From an uncultured Actinomycetes bacterium (GTDB lineage: Bacteria > Actinomycetota > Thermoleophilia > RBG-16-64-13): a stretch of 64,000 nucleotides of DNA. The notes under the pieces were generated by a model that did not search any database, was not told where the DNA came from, and worked only from the letters and a program-made list of their open reading frames with translations. The position numbers and the translations under genes were made by a program. The DNA lies in contig CAWJDT010000001.1 of NCBI GenBank assembly GCA_963841735.1, positions 192,001 to 256,000 on the forward strand, written 5' to 3'. Positions 1 to 9,437 of the stretch are shown piece by piece (positions within the stretch are counted from its first letter, which is position 1; each line of letters starts with the position of its first letter).

Positions 1-733
1 ACTTGATAGGCGTCTCGAGGTAGGGGGAGATACCGATGTAGCGCGACCACCAGCTGAGCATGGTCTCGAAGATGAACACCCCGTTGGTGTCGGTGATGCG
101 GATAGGCGGGTGTACCCACTCCGGCCAAGGCAGATAGTGGCTGGCGTCTTTGCGGAAGGAGGAGTAAGGCATGCCGGGGTCGCCCTCTTTGCGGTTCTCG
201 GCCGGCGTCGTGCGCCCTTCCAGATGCGTGCCGTTTGGGTCGGTGAGCACCCACGGGAGGTCGGGCCGCATGGCCAACGAAGACTGGTAGCGGATCTGGC
301 TCACCAGCTCCCACGGGGTCTGCGCCCAAGCCGTGCACAACAGCGGAGCCGTGCTGGCGAAGTTACGGATCATCCAGGTCTGGGCCTCTTCGAGGAAATA
401 CCGGAACTCCGCGATCTCCTCGGTGACCAGGTTGTTGGAGTGGTTGATCAGCAGGTCGGCGTCCCGTATCGCATTTTTTACCGCCGGCGGGAAGCGCCAT
501 TTGTGTGGCGTGGCGGGCTCGTCTATCCACATGATCGTAGCGCGGGCGCCCCGCTCGGCCACGCCCGCCTGTATCCAGGATATGGCGTCCTCGTCTACGG
601 GGCTGTCGCCGCCGTAGAGTCCGTCGATCTCGGCCAGGATCAGGACTTCCCAGCCAGGCTTGACCTCGGCACACTTGTCGAGCATGTCAGCTATTGCGAT
701 TGCTGCCCCAGTAGGCATACCTACTCTACCCAT
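1..733 (-). CDS. M29 aminopeptidase/NicX-fold protein of unknown function, 3' end outside the window; paralog of 23487..24641
   Basis: Not in the ORF track. Manual minus-strand translation from ATG at 733 (GAGGAG upstream): MGRVGMPTGAAIAIADMLDKCAEVKPGWEVLILAEIDG...GMPYSSFRKDASHYLPWPEWVHPP...ETPIK, colinear with 23487..24641. Confidence 0.85.
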   Translation of the reverse strand, partial: MGRVGMPTGAAIAIADMLDKCAEVKPGWEVLILAEIDGLYGGDSPVDEDAISWIQAGVAERGARATIMWIDEPATPHKWRFPPAVKNAIRDADLLINHSNNLVTEEIAEFRYFLEEAQTWMIRNFASTAPLLCTAWAQTPWELVSQIRYQSSLAMRPDLPWVLTDPNGTHLEGRTTPAENRKEGDPGMPYSSFRKDASHYLPWPEWVHPPIRITDTNGVFIFETMLSWWSRYIGISPYLETPIK

Positions 734-788
734 GACGTGTTCTCCTCTCGCACTTCGTGACTCATCGACCTCTTACCACTCTCTGCTA

Positions 789-1484
789 CTAGACCCCCAG
801 CCATTTCTGCTTGACCTCTTCGTTCTCGCGCAGGTCCTCGGGCTTGCCCTCCCATACCACCCCGCCCTTGCTGATGATGTAGATGAGATCGGCCGACGAC
901 AGCGCCATGTTCAAGTTCTGCTCGGCCAAGAACACCGTCACCTTGCCCTTGAGTTGGCAGATGACGTGCCCGATCTGCTTGACCACCATAGGAGCAAGAC
1001 CCTCAGAAGGCTCATCCATAAGCAAGAGGGTGGGGTTCAACATGAGGGCGCGCGCGACCACCAGCATCTGCTGCTCGCCCCCGCTAAGCAGGTTCGCGTG
1101 GAAGCTTTGGCGCTGCTTCAAGATGGGGAACAGCTCATAGATGTTCTCTAGGTTCCAAGCTCCCTCGGCGTCGTTGCCTCGAGCCGCGACCAGCAGGTTC
1201 TCTTTGACAGTGAGCGAGGGAAAGACGATGCGCCCCTGGGGAACGAGCCCAATGCCCTTACGCGCTATCTGATAGGGAGCAAGCCCGTTGACGGCCTCGC
1301 CGTTGAAGCGCACCACTCCACTCTCAGGGCAGGGTAGCCCCATGATGGAGCGGATGATCGTCGTCTTGCCCATGCCATTTCGGCCGAGAATGGCTACCGC
1401 GCTGCCCCGTGGAACCTTCAGGGAGAGATCCCAGAGAACGTGCGTGTCGCCGTAGAAAGTGTTTATGTTCTCTAGCTCTAGCAA
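789..1484 (-). CDS. livF: Branched-chain amino acid-type ABC transporter ATPase (LivF)
   Basis: Walker A GRNGMGKT, LSGGEQQ, LLMDEPSEGLAP. Confidence 0.93.
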   Translation of the reverse strand: MLELENINTFYGDTHVLWDLSLKVPRGSAVAILGRNGMGKTTIIRSIMGLPCPESGVVRFNGEAVNGLAPYQIARKGIGLVPQGRIVFPSLTVKENLLVAARGNDAEGAWNLENIYELFPILKQRQSFHANLLSGGEQQMLVVARALMLNPTLLLMDEPSEGLAPMVVKQIGHVICQLKGKVTVFLAEQNLNMALSSADLIYIISKGGVVWEGKPEDLRENEEVKQKWLGV

Positions 1485-2227
1485 GTCTCGTCACTCCCCA
1501 GATAGATCTCCTGCACCTTGGGATTGGCGCTTATCTCCTTGGGAAGGCCTTTTGCGATGATCTCCCCGAAGTACAGCACCATGATGCTGTCGGCCAGACT
1601 GAACACCAAGTCCATGTCATGAGCGCAGAAGAGGACGGTGGTGTTCACAGCCAACCGGCGGATGACGTCGGCGAAGGCGAACGCCTCTGCCGTCGGCAGG
1701 CCGGCGCTGGGCTCGTCCAACAGGACCATCCTGGGCTTGCCCGCGAAAGCGCAGAGCAGCTCCACCAAACGCTGGTCGCCGTACGACAGCACCTGAAGCT
1801 GTTCTCGCTGCCTGTCTGCCAACCCCACAAGGTCCAGCAACCTGTCAGCTTCGGCAAGCAGTGCTTGCCTCTTCTCCAGACGGCGGAACATCTGCAGATG
1901 GCGCTTCTCTGCGCCGTGAAGGGCTAGGAGCACGTTCTCCAAGACGGTCAGCTCGAAGAACAGGTTGTTAACCTGAAAAGACCTCCCCAGGCCCAAATGG
2001 AGGCGTCTGTTGGGCGAGAGCTTGGTGATGTCCCGGTCTTCCAGTAACACGTGACCACTCGATAAAGGCAGCTGGCCGCCTATGGTATTGATGAGTGTAG
2101 TCTTACCAGCCCCGTTCGGCCCGATGAGGGCCAGCTTCTGCCCAGGCTCGACCGTGAAAGACACGTTGCTGAGAACCTTGAGGCCGCCGAAGTTCTTTGA
2201 AAGCCCTTCGACTCTAAGAATGGTCAT
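1478..2227 (-). CDS. livG: Branched-chain amino acid-type ABC transporter ATPase (LivG)
   Basis: GPNGAGKTT, LSYGDQR, LLDEPSAG, HDMDLVF, VQEIYLG. Confidence 0.93.
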   Translation of the reverse strand: MTILRVEGLSKNFGGLKVLSNVSFTVEPGQKLALIGPNGAGKTTLINTIGGQLPLSSGHVLLEDRDITKLSPNRRLHLGLGRSFQVNNLFFELTVLENVLLALHGAEKRHLQMFRRLEKRQALLAEADRLLDLVGLADRQREQLQVLSYGDQRLVELLCAFAGKPRMVLLDEPSAGLPTAEAFAFADVIRRLAVNTTVLFCAHDMDLVFSLADSIMVLYFGEIIAKGLPKEISANPKVQEIYLGSDETC

Positions 2228-4278
2228 GACTTCACCTCACCGACGCCCGTCGTGCGCGCTCGAGGCGACCGAACCCTGGCAAATCCCCACCGGTTCCATG
2301 CCTTCGACAAGTACTGCGCGAACCCACCGGGCAGGAACATCACGCAGACCACAAAGACCACGCCAAGTATGAACCACCACTTGTCCTTGACTGGGCCCCA
2401 GGCGCTTATCTTCTCCCGAGCGAAGATGATCGCCGCGGCTCCCACGCACGGTCCCCACAGAGTGGCGCGCCCCCCCAGGATTACCATCAACATAGGGAGA
2501 GAAGACATCTGCAGCGCCGCGTCCTTGGGGAACACCGAGCCGTAGCTGACCGCGTACAGTATCCCGGCCATGCCCGCAAACAGCCCGCCTATTACTATGG
2601 CGACGTACTTGAGCTTCCAGGTATTGAATCCCAGGCTTCTCATACGCTGCTCGTTCAGCCTGACGCCCACGAGCGACTTGCCAAACGAGGAACCGACGAA
2701 CCGTCGCAGGATCGCGTAACAAATGACAAAGAGGACAAGCGTGAAGTAGTAGTAGCGAAGATTAGACCAAGCACTCGCCCAATCCACCCCAAGGCCTAGA
2801 TCGGGGCGAACGATGTTCGTCAGACCGTCCGTGCCGCCGGTGACCGAGTCCCACTTGAGAGCTATCACGGATAGGACCTGTCCCAGAGCCATGGTGACCA
2901 GCAAGTAGTAGTTCCCGCTCACCCGAAGGCTTATGAAGGCGATAATCAGAGCCGCGACAAGGGTGAACGCCAGTGCTATGAGCGCGGCCAACCAGAACGA
3001 GGAGATCCCCATCTTAGTCGTTATCAGGCCGAATGAGTACCCTGCCACACCCAAGAAGGCCGCGTGGCCGAAAGACACCATGCCCGTGTAACCCATCGTC
3101 AAGTCCAGGCTCATGGCGAACAGCATGAAGATGACGACCTTGGTCAGGATGCTCTGGTCGTAGGTGCCCACAAGAGAGGGCACGATAGCCAACACCGCCA
3201 ATACGACCAAATACGGGGTCCAATTGTGCAGCAGCGTCCGCCACTTGGGTATCTCGCCGGCGATCGCAGGGAGGACCGTCTCTTTGACGCGTCGCCTCTG
3301 TGTTAGTGGGGCCGCCAGATTGCTCAGCCCTGTGCTTATCCTGGCCCGCACATCGCTGGGCCACTTCCTCTTGCGAACCTTCGGACCCTCCAAGTACTGC
3401 ACCGTCGTCGGACCCGTGGCCATCTGCCTGCCCAGAAGGCCACCAGGCCTGATCAGAAGGATCACTATCAGGGTGACATATGCTATGAAGTGCGAGTAGT
3501 CAGGGAAGTAGGCCTTGCCGAAAGCCTCAAGGAGTCCCAGAAGGACGCCGCCGACGAGAGCCCCCTGTATAGAACCAGTCCCGCCGACCACCACCACGAT
3601 CATGGACAACAGCAGAGCGTCCCAAGCCGCGTTGACGTCGATCTTCACAGCGACGGTGGCACCTATGAGTCCGCAGAACCCGGCAATAAAGGCTCCCAGC
3701 ACGAATATGCCGGTGAAGACGCCCCTGAGGTTGATCCCCAGCGCCCCCGCGATCTCCCTGTTGTCCATGCCGGCTCGGACTACAGCGCCGATCTTGGTCT
3801 TGTCCTGCAGAAGCCACAGCCCCAGCGCCATCAGTAAACCAAACCCGACGACGACCAGGCGGAAGACTTCGATCTTGATGTCGCCCACCTGCACCGAGTC
3901 GGAGAAGATGCCCGGCACGAGTTGAGCGAAGGGGAGTGAGCCCCAGATCCAGGTGACTATGTCACGGAATATGTAGATGAAGCCGATGGTCAGCAGCACC
4001 TGGCTGGTCGGCTGCCCGTAGAGTCGACGCAGGAAGACGGTCTCCAGCACCAGGCCTATCAACCCCACACACGCCGCCGCCACCAGGATGCCCACCCAGT
4101 AGTTGTGTGTGCGTGCAGCCACGGCCAAGCCCAAGTAGCCGCCCATCATGTAGAGCGCTCCATGAGCCAGGTTGATGACGCGCATCAGGCCCATGGTGAG
4201 TGTCAGACCGGCCGCCAACAGGAAGTAGACGGTGCCGGTGGACAACCCTTGCACAAACACAGACAGTATTTCGCCCAT
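2224..4278 (-). CDS. Fused LivH-LivM ABC permease
   Basis: N-half INLAHGALYM (LivH-like), C-half GMVSFGHAAF and VTGGTDG (LivM-like), joined by a basic linker. Confidence 0.9.
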   Translation of the reverse strand: MGEILSVFVQGLSTGTVYFLLAAGLTLTMGLMRVINLAHGALYMMGGYLGLAVAARTHNYWVGILVAAACVGLIGLVLETVFLRRLYGQPTSQVLLTIGFIYIFRDIVTWIWGSLPFAQLVPGIFSDSVQVGDIKIEVFRLVVVGFGLLMALGLWLLQDKTKIGAVVRAGMDNREIAGALGINLRGVFTGIFVLGAFIAGFCGLIGATVAVKIDVNAAWDALLLSMIVVVVGGTGSIQGALVGGVLLGLLEAFGKAYFPDYSHFIAYVTLIVILLIRPGGLLGRQMATGPTTVQYLEGPKVRKRKWPSDVRARISTGLSNLAAPLTQRRRVKETVLPAIAGEIPKWRTLLHNWTPYLVVLAVLAIVPSLVGTYDQSILTKVVIFMLFAMSLDLTMGYTGMVSFGHAAFLGVAGYSFGLITTKMGISSFWLAALIALAFTLVAALIIAFISLRVSGNYYLLVTMALGQVLSVIALKWDSVTGGTDGLTNIVRPDLGLGVDWASAWSNLRYYYFTLVLFVICYAILRRFVGSSFGKSLVGVRLNEQRMRSLGFNTWKLKYVAIVIGGLFAGMAGILYAVSYGSVFPKDAALQMSSLPMLMVILGGRATLWGPCVGAAAIIFAREKISAWGPVKDKWWFILGVVFVVCVMFLPGGFAQYLSKAWNRWGFARVRSPRARTTGVGEVKS

Positions 4279-4456
4279 TGGTAGCTCCGGTTCCCTTTTC
4301 TGTTTGGGATTGTCTCGAGATCAGGTTATCTTGCCCGCGCCGGCCGGCGCTAGAGGCAGATCCCATCCGGCGTGCGTCACGTGTGTCTCTACCCTTGGAC
4401 TTTGGTGGCTATGATTATCGAGTCTATGGCCCTGTCCCTGGTGCTAGATGGTGTAA

Positions 4457-4517
4457 GCATGGATGCGGGGGCAGACCCCCTCCGTATCGAAGCGGGTCTG
4501 CCCCCCGCATCCTATGC
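4457..4517. terminator. Stem-loop just downstream of the ABC substrate-binding gene (terminator or mRNA stabiliser)
   Basis: GGATGCGGGGGCAGACCC ... GGGTCTGCCCCCCGCATCC inverted repeat. Confidence 0.6.
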
Positions 4518-4550
4518 CCTATACATTTAGTCAGACTCTACGTACGTTCC

Positions 4551-5876
4551 CTACTTGGCAACAGTAGTCGCGGTAGCGCCGGCCGCACCACCTACAACGA
4601 GGCCGCCCGGCGGGACTGCATCGTAGGTCTTGATCGTCTCAAAGTGATAGGGGAACTGGTCCGTAGTGGCACCCTTTACCTCTTTCACGATGTAGACGGG
4701 AACGGTGGCAGCCTGCTGGCCTGCAGCAAAGAAATATGAGCCCTGAGGTCCGTCCCACTTGGTCCCCAGAAGAGCGGTCAGAAGCTCCTGCGGTGTAGTG
4801 ACGCCGCCATTGGCTTCCAGGGCCTTGATGAACAGCTCAGCAGACTGGTACGGGTTGACGTTGCTGCCGTCCAAGACGACATTGTCACCCCAGGCAGCCT
4901 TGGCTTCCTTGATGAACTCCTGGTTCATGGCCGAGTCGAGTTCGGGCGAGTACTCCATGGGAGTCGGCACGTCGACCAGAGCTTCAGCGACGTCCGGGTT
5001 GTTCTCAGCGATCTTGGCATATACCCACGGGTCGAAAGTGGCACCGTGGAACGCACCAACGATCGGCATCTTGTCGATGATGCCCATCTTGACGTACTGG
5101 ATAAGCATGCCGATTCCGTCGCCGGGCATCCACGCGGCCAGAGCGTCGGCGGCCGGCAGCGTCGTCAGGAAGGGCCCGAAGTCGGAGGTGCCCGCCGGCG
5201 GCCACACCTGAGCGTCAACGGTGCCGCCCAGAGCGGTGAAGGTGCCGATGAAGGGCATCAAGAAGCCCTTGCCGCCGGCGCCTTCCTGCCCGAGAGTGTT
5301 GACCTTGCGGTAGCCAAGGTCGTTGTAGACGTAGTCAGCCATGACACTAGGCTGCTGGGAGTTGGTGCCCATAGCCGCAACCAGCCAAGAATTGCCGGTC
5401 TCAAGCAGAGGATCGGGGCACGGACTGAATAGGATCAGTGGGATTTGGCCCGCATTCTTGATGTAATCGTTTACCGCGAACTTCTCGCCGGCCTCATTGG
5501 GGCCGAAGATGGCCACGACCTTGTCCTGCTCAACCAGCTTCCGCGCCTTGTCCACCGCGGTAGCCGGACTGTCGGCGGCATCTTCGGAGATTATCACTAT
5601 CGGCCGATCGCCGATCCGGTTGCCGATGGCATCGAACGCCAGCTTCAGCGACTTCTCCATATTCAGCCCGGTGGTGGCTTCTAGCCCGGTCAGGTCGCAG
5701 ATGAAGCCGATCTTGATGGGCTCGCCCGTCGCGGGCGCCAGAGTAGTTACGCTTCCGTCGCCCGTGCCGGGCGCTGCCGTGGTAGTAGCGGCGTCCTCGG
5801 TTCCGCAGGCCACCGCCGTCAACGCAATCACCAATAGAAGTATGAGCATACCAGCCAGCAAATAGCGCTTCTTCAC
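4551..5876 (-). CDS. LivK/PBP1-type ABC substrate-binding lipoprotein (family often binds aromatic acids)
   Basis: Lipobox AVACG, EPIKIGFICDLTG, AVDKARKLVEQDKV; upstream of the liv genes. Confidence 0.88.
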   Translation of the reverse strand: MKKRYLLAGMLILLLVIALTAVACGTEDAATTTAAPGTGDGSVTTLAPATGEPIKIGFICDLTGLEATTGLNMEKSLKLAFDAIGNRIGDRPIVIISEDAADSPATAVDKARKLVEQDKVVAIFGPNEAGEKFAVNDYIKNAGQIPLILFSPCPDPLLETGNSWLVAAMGTNSQQPSVMADYVYNDLGYRKVNTLGQEGAGGKGFLMPFIGTFTALGGTVDAQVWPPAGTSDFGPFLTTLPAADALAAWMPGDGIGMLIQYVKMGIIDKMPIVGAFHGATFDPWVYAKIAENNPDVAEALVDVPTPMEYSPELDSAMNQEFIKEAKAAWGDNVVLDGSNVNPYQSAELFIKALEANGGVTTPQELLTALLGTKWDGPQGSYFFAAGQQAATVPVYIVKEVKGATTDQFPYHFETIKTYDAVPPGGLVVGGAAGATATTVAK

Positions 5877-6064
5877 TTTTCCACCCTCCTGTTTCGTAGT
5901 CAGCTAGGTGACACTCGAACAGAGACAGAGCCGCTTGCTCTGAGTTGCCTTCGCCTCCTCCTTTCGTCCGACGCATACGCTGCGGCTCACTTCGTCATGT
6001 ATGCCGTGTCCAAGCGGTCTCATAGTTAGGCCAAACGGCCTGGCCGAGGCAAGGCTTGGAGACA

Positions 6065-7249
6065 TCACGAGTCCGTCTCTTGTAGGCGCGCCTGCCCAGG
6101 CATCGCTTCGAGGATCTTGCGAGCTTCGTCGAGGTGCGTTTCGTAGACACCCTTGTGCACTGCCAGCCTCTCTTCAAGAAACTCGAGGATCTCCTGCCCC
6201 TCACCGGCGTGCGGACTCCTGCTTGCCTTGAGCTCAATAGCCCATGTATCCCACACTCCGGTCAGAGCCCGCTTCCACTGCTGCCTGTCTTCGTCGGTGG
6301 GCTCATAGACAGGCATGTTGCCAACGCTCTTGTCGTACTCTTCCAGCTGCATCCTGGCTTGCTGAGTGATCTCCTCGTTCACAACCGCGTATGTGATCGA
6401 ATCTTCACGGGTGCTCACGCTCATGATGGCCGCCTGGATATCAGGAGGCATGGTGTTCCATACATCCTTGTTCATTATCATCGCCCAAGGCCTGTACATG
6501 AGGTCTAGGTGGGTGCGATAGGTGGTGTAGTCCTCTACACCCGCAGCCATGATGTATGACCACGTAAGAAAGGCTCCATCCGCAAGACCCCTCTCCATGG
6601 AGGGCGCCAGATCGCCGACCATGATGTCGACCGGTTCGCCCCCCAGCTCCTCGAGGATCCAGTCTTCGACCTTGCCACCGGAACGCATCTTCATGCCGAC
6701 GAGATCCCCCGGCGCCATGACCTTCTTGGTACCCACGTACTGGCCACCCGAGATGCAGGTCACACCTATGAATACTACGTCGCTGAACTCCTCGTCGCAG
6801 TAGTCCTCATAGAGATCCCACATGGACGCGGTGGCCACAGCCGGATCGGGAAACATCAAGGGCATAGAGCCGACCTCGAATATCGGGAACGCTCCCTGGC
6901 TGTATTCAGGCTCAACCACAGCTATGTCACAGGTGCCCGACAGAACGGCGTCATATTGCTGGTCGTCCTTGGCCAAGGCCCCACTCCCGTAGTGCTTGAT
7001 ACTAACCCGTCCATGGGTGGCAGCTTCTACAGCCTTCGACCACGGCACCACATGCGCCGTATAGAGGCTGGCCTCCTCACTGAAGCCAAAGGAGACCTTC
7101 AGTTCCCATGTCTGACCGACGTCCTTCACCACGGGGATACCGGAACTCGCCTCTGAATTCCCACCATCGGTGAGCGCCATCAAGTTCAGGAGACCGAACA
7201 CCAGCGCCACAGCTATGGGTACGGCGAGCAACACCGCCCTGATAACCAT
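6065..7249 (-). CDS. Orphan DctP-type TRAP solute-binding protein with N-terminal hydrophobic anchor
   Basis: DLVGMKMRSGG, MERGLADGA, MNKDVWNTMPPDIQ; likely ATG at 7249 after GGAGG; no lipobox Cys; close paralog of 20545..21714. Confidence 0.85.
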   Translation of the reverse strand: MVIRAVLLAVPIAVALVFGLLNLMALTDGGNSEASSGIPVVKDVGQTWELKVSFGFSEEASLYTAHVVPWSKAVEAATHGRVSIKHYGSGALAKDDQQYDAVLSGTCDIAVVEPEYSQGAFPIFEVGSMPLMFPDPAVATASMWDLYEDYCDEEFSDVVFIGVTCISGGQYVGTKKVMAPGDLVGMKMRSGGKVEDWILEELGGEPVDIMVGDLAPSMERGLADGAFLTWSYIMAAGVEDYTTYRTHLDLMYRPWAMIMNKDVWNTMPPDIQAAIMSVSTREDSITYAVVNEEITQQARMQLEEYDKSVGNMPVYEPTDEDRQQWKRALTGVWDTWAIELKASRSPHAGEGQEILEFLEERLAVHKGVYETHLDEARKILEAMPGQARLQETDS

Positions 7250-7451
7250 GGCCCTCCTCCTATTGCCGTGACCATCCGCCGTGTTCATGGCCCCTATCAC
7301 TCGGCAAGTCGACTCATCACATTCTGAAGAACCGCCAGAGACCTTGCAATCACCTTCGTCGTGTAACTATTGGCGGTGCTACTCCTACATAAGTTAGGCC
7401 GTGGCTGCTGCTGTGGCGTGACGCTCCGGCGCCTGACATAATCATGGCATC

Positions 7452-8582
7452 ATGCTTCAAGCTGCTACTGCCAAGATTGGCCCCATCGCCCGCAGGATCT
7501 TCACGAACCCGCACTTCTGGACACTCGTCGCGCTGTCGGTGATGCTTCTCTTCATCTACCAAGCGTGGCCTTGGCGGGACTGGCAGTTCGCGAGTGGATT
7601 CTGGAGCCATTTCTCCTGGCTTTCGGGACTCAGCTCGTTCGTCACCAACGTGGAGCTCAAACTCAACATATTCGGCGTACTGTTCTTCGTGCCCATCATC
7701 TACGGTTCACTGACCCTCTCTTGGCCCGGTGGCATCTTCGCGTGGCTGCTCTCCCTCATCTGGTTGCTCCCTACCCTCAGCCCCTGGGGCACCAGATGGA
7801 TGGTGAGCAACTTGGTGCTGCTGCTGCTTCCCGCTTTGTTGGCAGCGATAATGGCGGGCGAAAGGCGTTGGCGAGAGAGCGAGAGACGCCACTACGCCGA
7901 GCGCGAGCAGCTCGGCCGCGTCTACGTCGCCCGACTGCTTCAGGCCCAAGAATCGGAGCGCCGTCGCATCGCCCAAGAGATACACGATCAGACGCTGCAG
8001 ACTCTCCTGGCCATTGCCAACAAGCTGGACTCTCTCGCATCCTCTGCTGCAGAAGCGCTGCAGAAGAGGGGCATCGCGTGGACGCGACAGAAGCTGATGG
8101 AGAGCATGGACGACCTGCGAAGACTGAGCGTTACGCTGAGACCCAGCATCTTGGACAACTTCGGGCTCGTCGCCGGTATCAGGTGGCTGACGGACAACTC
8201 TGTAGAGGGAAGTTGTCGCATATCTACTCGCGTCAAGGGGCGAGCTCCGGAGACCATGTCGAGCCTCGCTGAAGCCACGGCTTTTCGTGTAGTTCAGGAG
8301 GCCGTGGTCAACATACAGCGCCACTCCGCGGGCAAGACGGCCAGTGTCGCCCTGGAGTTTGCAGAAGACGAGCTACGCCTGGAGATTCAGGACGATGGCG
8401 TCGGTTTTGAACGCCCAGAGAAGCTCGCGCAGTACGCCGCGGACGGCAAACTCGGGATCATCGGCATGGAGGAGCGGGCTCTATCGTCCGGGGGCACTAT
8501 CCAGGTGCAGTCGCATCCCGGAAGAGGCACCCGCATCCGAGTCACGATACCCTATTCAGCCGCAGAACAGGCGCTACCCTAG
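7452..8582 (+). CDS. Membrane sensor histidine kinase (HisKA_3, NarX/DesK type)
   Basis: Several TM segments; ERRRIAQEIHD, LRPSILDNFGL, VQEAVVNI, DDGVGF, GIIGMEER. Confidence 0.93.
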   Translation: MLQAATAKIGPIARRIFTNPHFWTLVALSVMLLFIYQAWPWRDWQFASGFWSHFSWLSGLSSFVTNVELKLNIFGVLFFVPIIYGSLTLSWPGGIFAWLLSLIWLLPTLSPWGTRWMVSNLVLLLLPALLAAIMAGERRWRESERRHYAEREQLGRVYVARLLQAQESERRRIAQEIHDQTLQTLLAIANKLDSLASSAAEALQKRGIAWTRQKLMESMDDLRRLSVTLRPSILDNFGLVAGIRWLTDNSVEGSCRISTRVKGRAPETMSSLAEATAFRVVQEAVVNIQRHSAGKTASVALEFAEDELRLEIQDDGVGFERPEKLAQYAADGKLGIIGMEERALSSGGTIQVQSHPGRGTRIRVTIPYSAAEQALP

Positions 8583-9305
8583 ATCGTCCAAGGTCAATAG
8601 GCCCGACTTCAAACTCACGAACACAGCCTCAGTACGAGAGTGCACGTTCAGGCATTGGAATATCTCGACAAAGTACCCCTTCACAGTGCCCTCGCTGATG
8701 TTCATAGTGGTGCCTATCTGCTTGTTCGATAGCCCCTGGGCCGCCAGCTTGAGCACTTCCATCGTCTTGGTTGACATGGAGTGATTGGGACCACTCTGGG
8801 CGGCCTTGCCCCTACCCGGTTCCTCTACGTGCTGCAGGGCGTACTTCACCACCTCTTCTGAGATGCCGGGTGCCAGTACCAGATCACCGTCCATCAGGCT
8901 GCGTATGGTATTGATCACCTCGGGACCGTATATGGACTTCACCAGATAGCCGCTGGCGCCTGCCTGCAGGATACTGAATATCGTGTGAATGTCGGTGTGC
9001 ACTGTCAGGATAAGCACCGCGGCCTCGGGGCTTGCGTCCTTGATCCGCCTAGTGGCTTCCACACCGTTCATGACCGGCATGCTGATGTCCATGATCACAA
9101 CGTCCGGATCAAGGGTCTCAACCAGCCGGACCGCCTCCGAACCGTCACCTGCTTCGCCGACCACTTCAAGATCATGCTCTCGCTCGATCAATTCTCGCAG
9201 CGCTCGGCGCATCAGCGGATGATCATCGGCCAGCAGGATTCTGGTCTTCTGCGGTGTGGTCCTGTTCGACTCATGTTCGGTCAACGATATCTCCACCCTC
9301 GACAT
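8574..9305 (-). CDS. NarL/LuxR-family response regulator
   Basis: ILLADDHP, VIMDISMP, GLSNKQIG HTH; start approximate; convergent with the kinase gene. Confidence 0.92.
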   Translation of the reverse strand: MSRVEISLTEHESNRTTPQKTRILLADDHPLMRRALRELIEREHDLEVVGEAGDGSEAVRLVETLDPDVVIMDISMPVMNGVEATRRIKDASPEAAVLILTVHTDIHTIFSILQAGASGYLVKSIYGPEVINTIRSLMDGDLVLAPGISEEVVKYALQHVEEPGRGKAAQSGPNHSMSTKTMEVLKLAAQGLSNKQIGTTMNISEGTVKGYFVEIFQCLNVHSRTEAVFVSLKSGLLTLDDLG

Positions 9306-9355
9306 GTCGATAGAAGCCTCCGAAGGCAGGAAGAACAGCATACATCACAAACAAG

Positions 9356-9398
9356 GCGGCCCCGGCCGCTGCCCGCGTCGGGCAGCGGCCGGGGCCGC
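9356..9398 (-). terminator. Rho-independent terminator after the thiolase operon
   Basis: Perfect 19-bp GC stem GCGGCCCCGGCCGCTGCCC / GGGCAGCGGCCGGGGCCGC, followed by CTTGTTTG on the minus strand. Confidence 0.75.
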
Positions 9399-9437
9399 TC
9401 GAAGACTTCGGCTTTAGGGCCGGTCTGACTGGCTAGA

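Noticed and set aside
110-760. 216-aa plus-strand ORF
   Set aside because: Antisense shadow of the real minus-strand gene 1..733, which has a paralog and an RBS.
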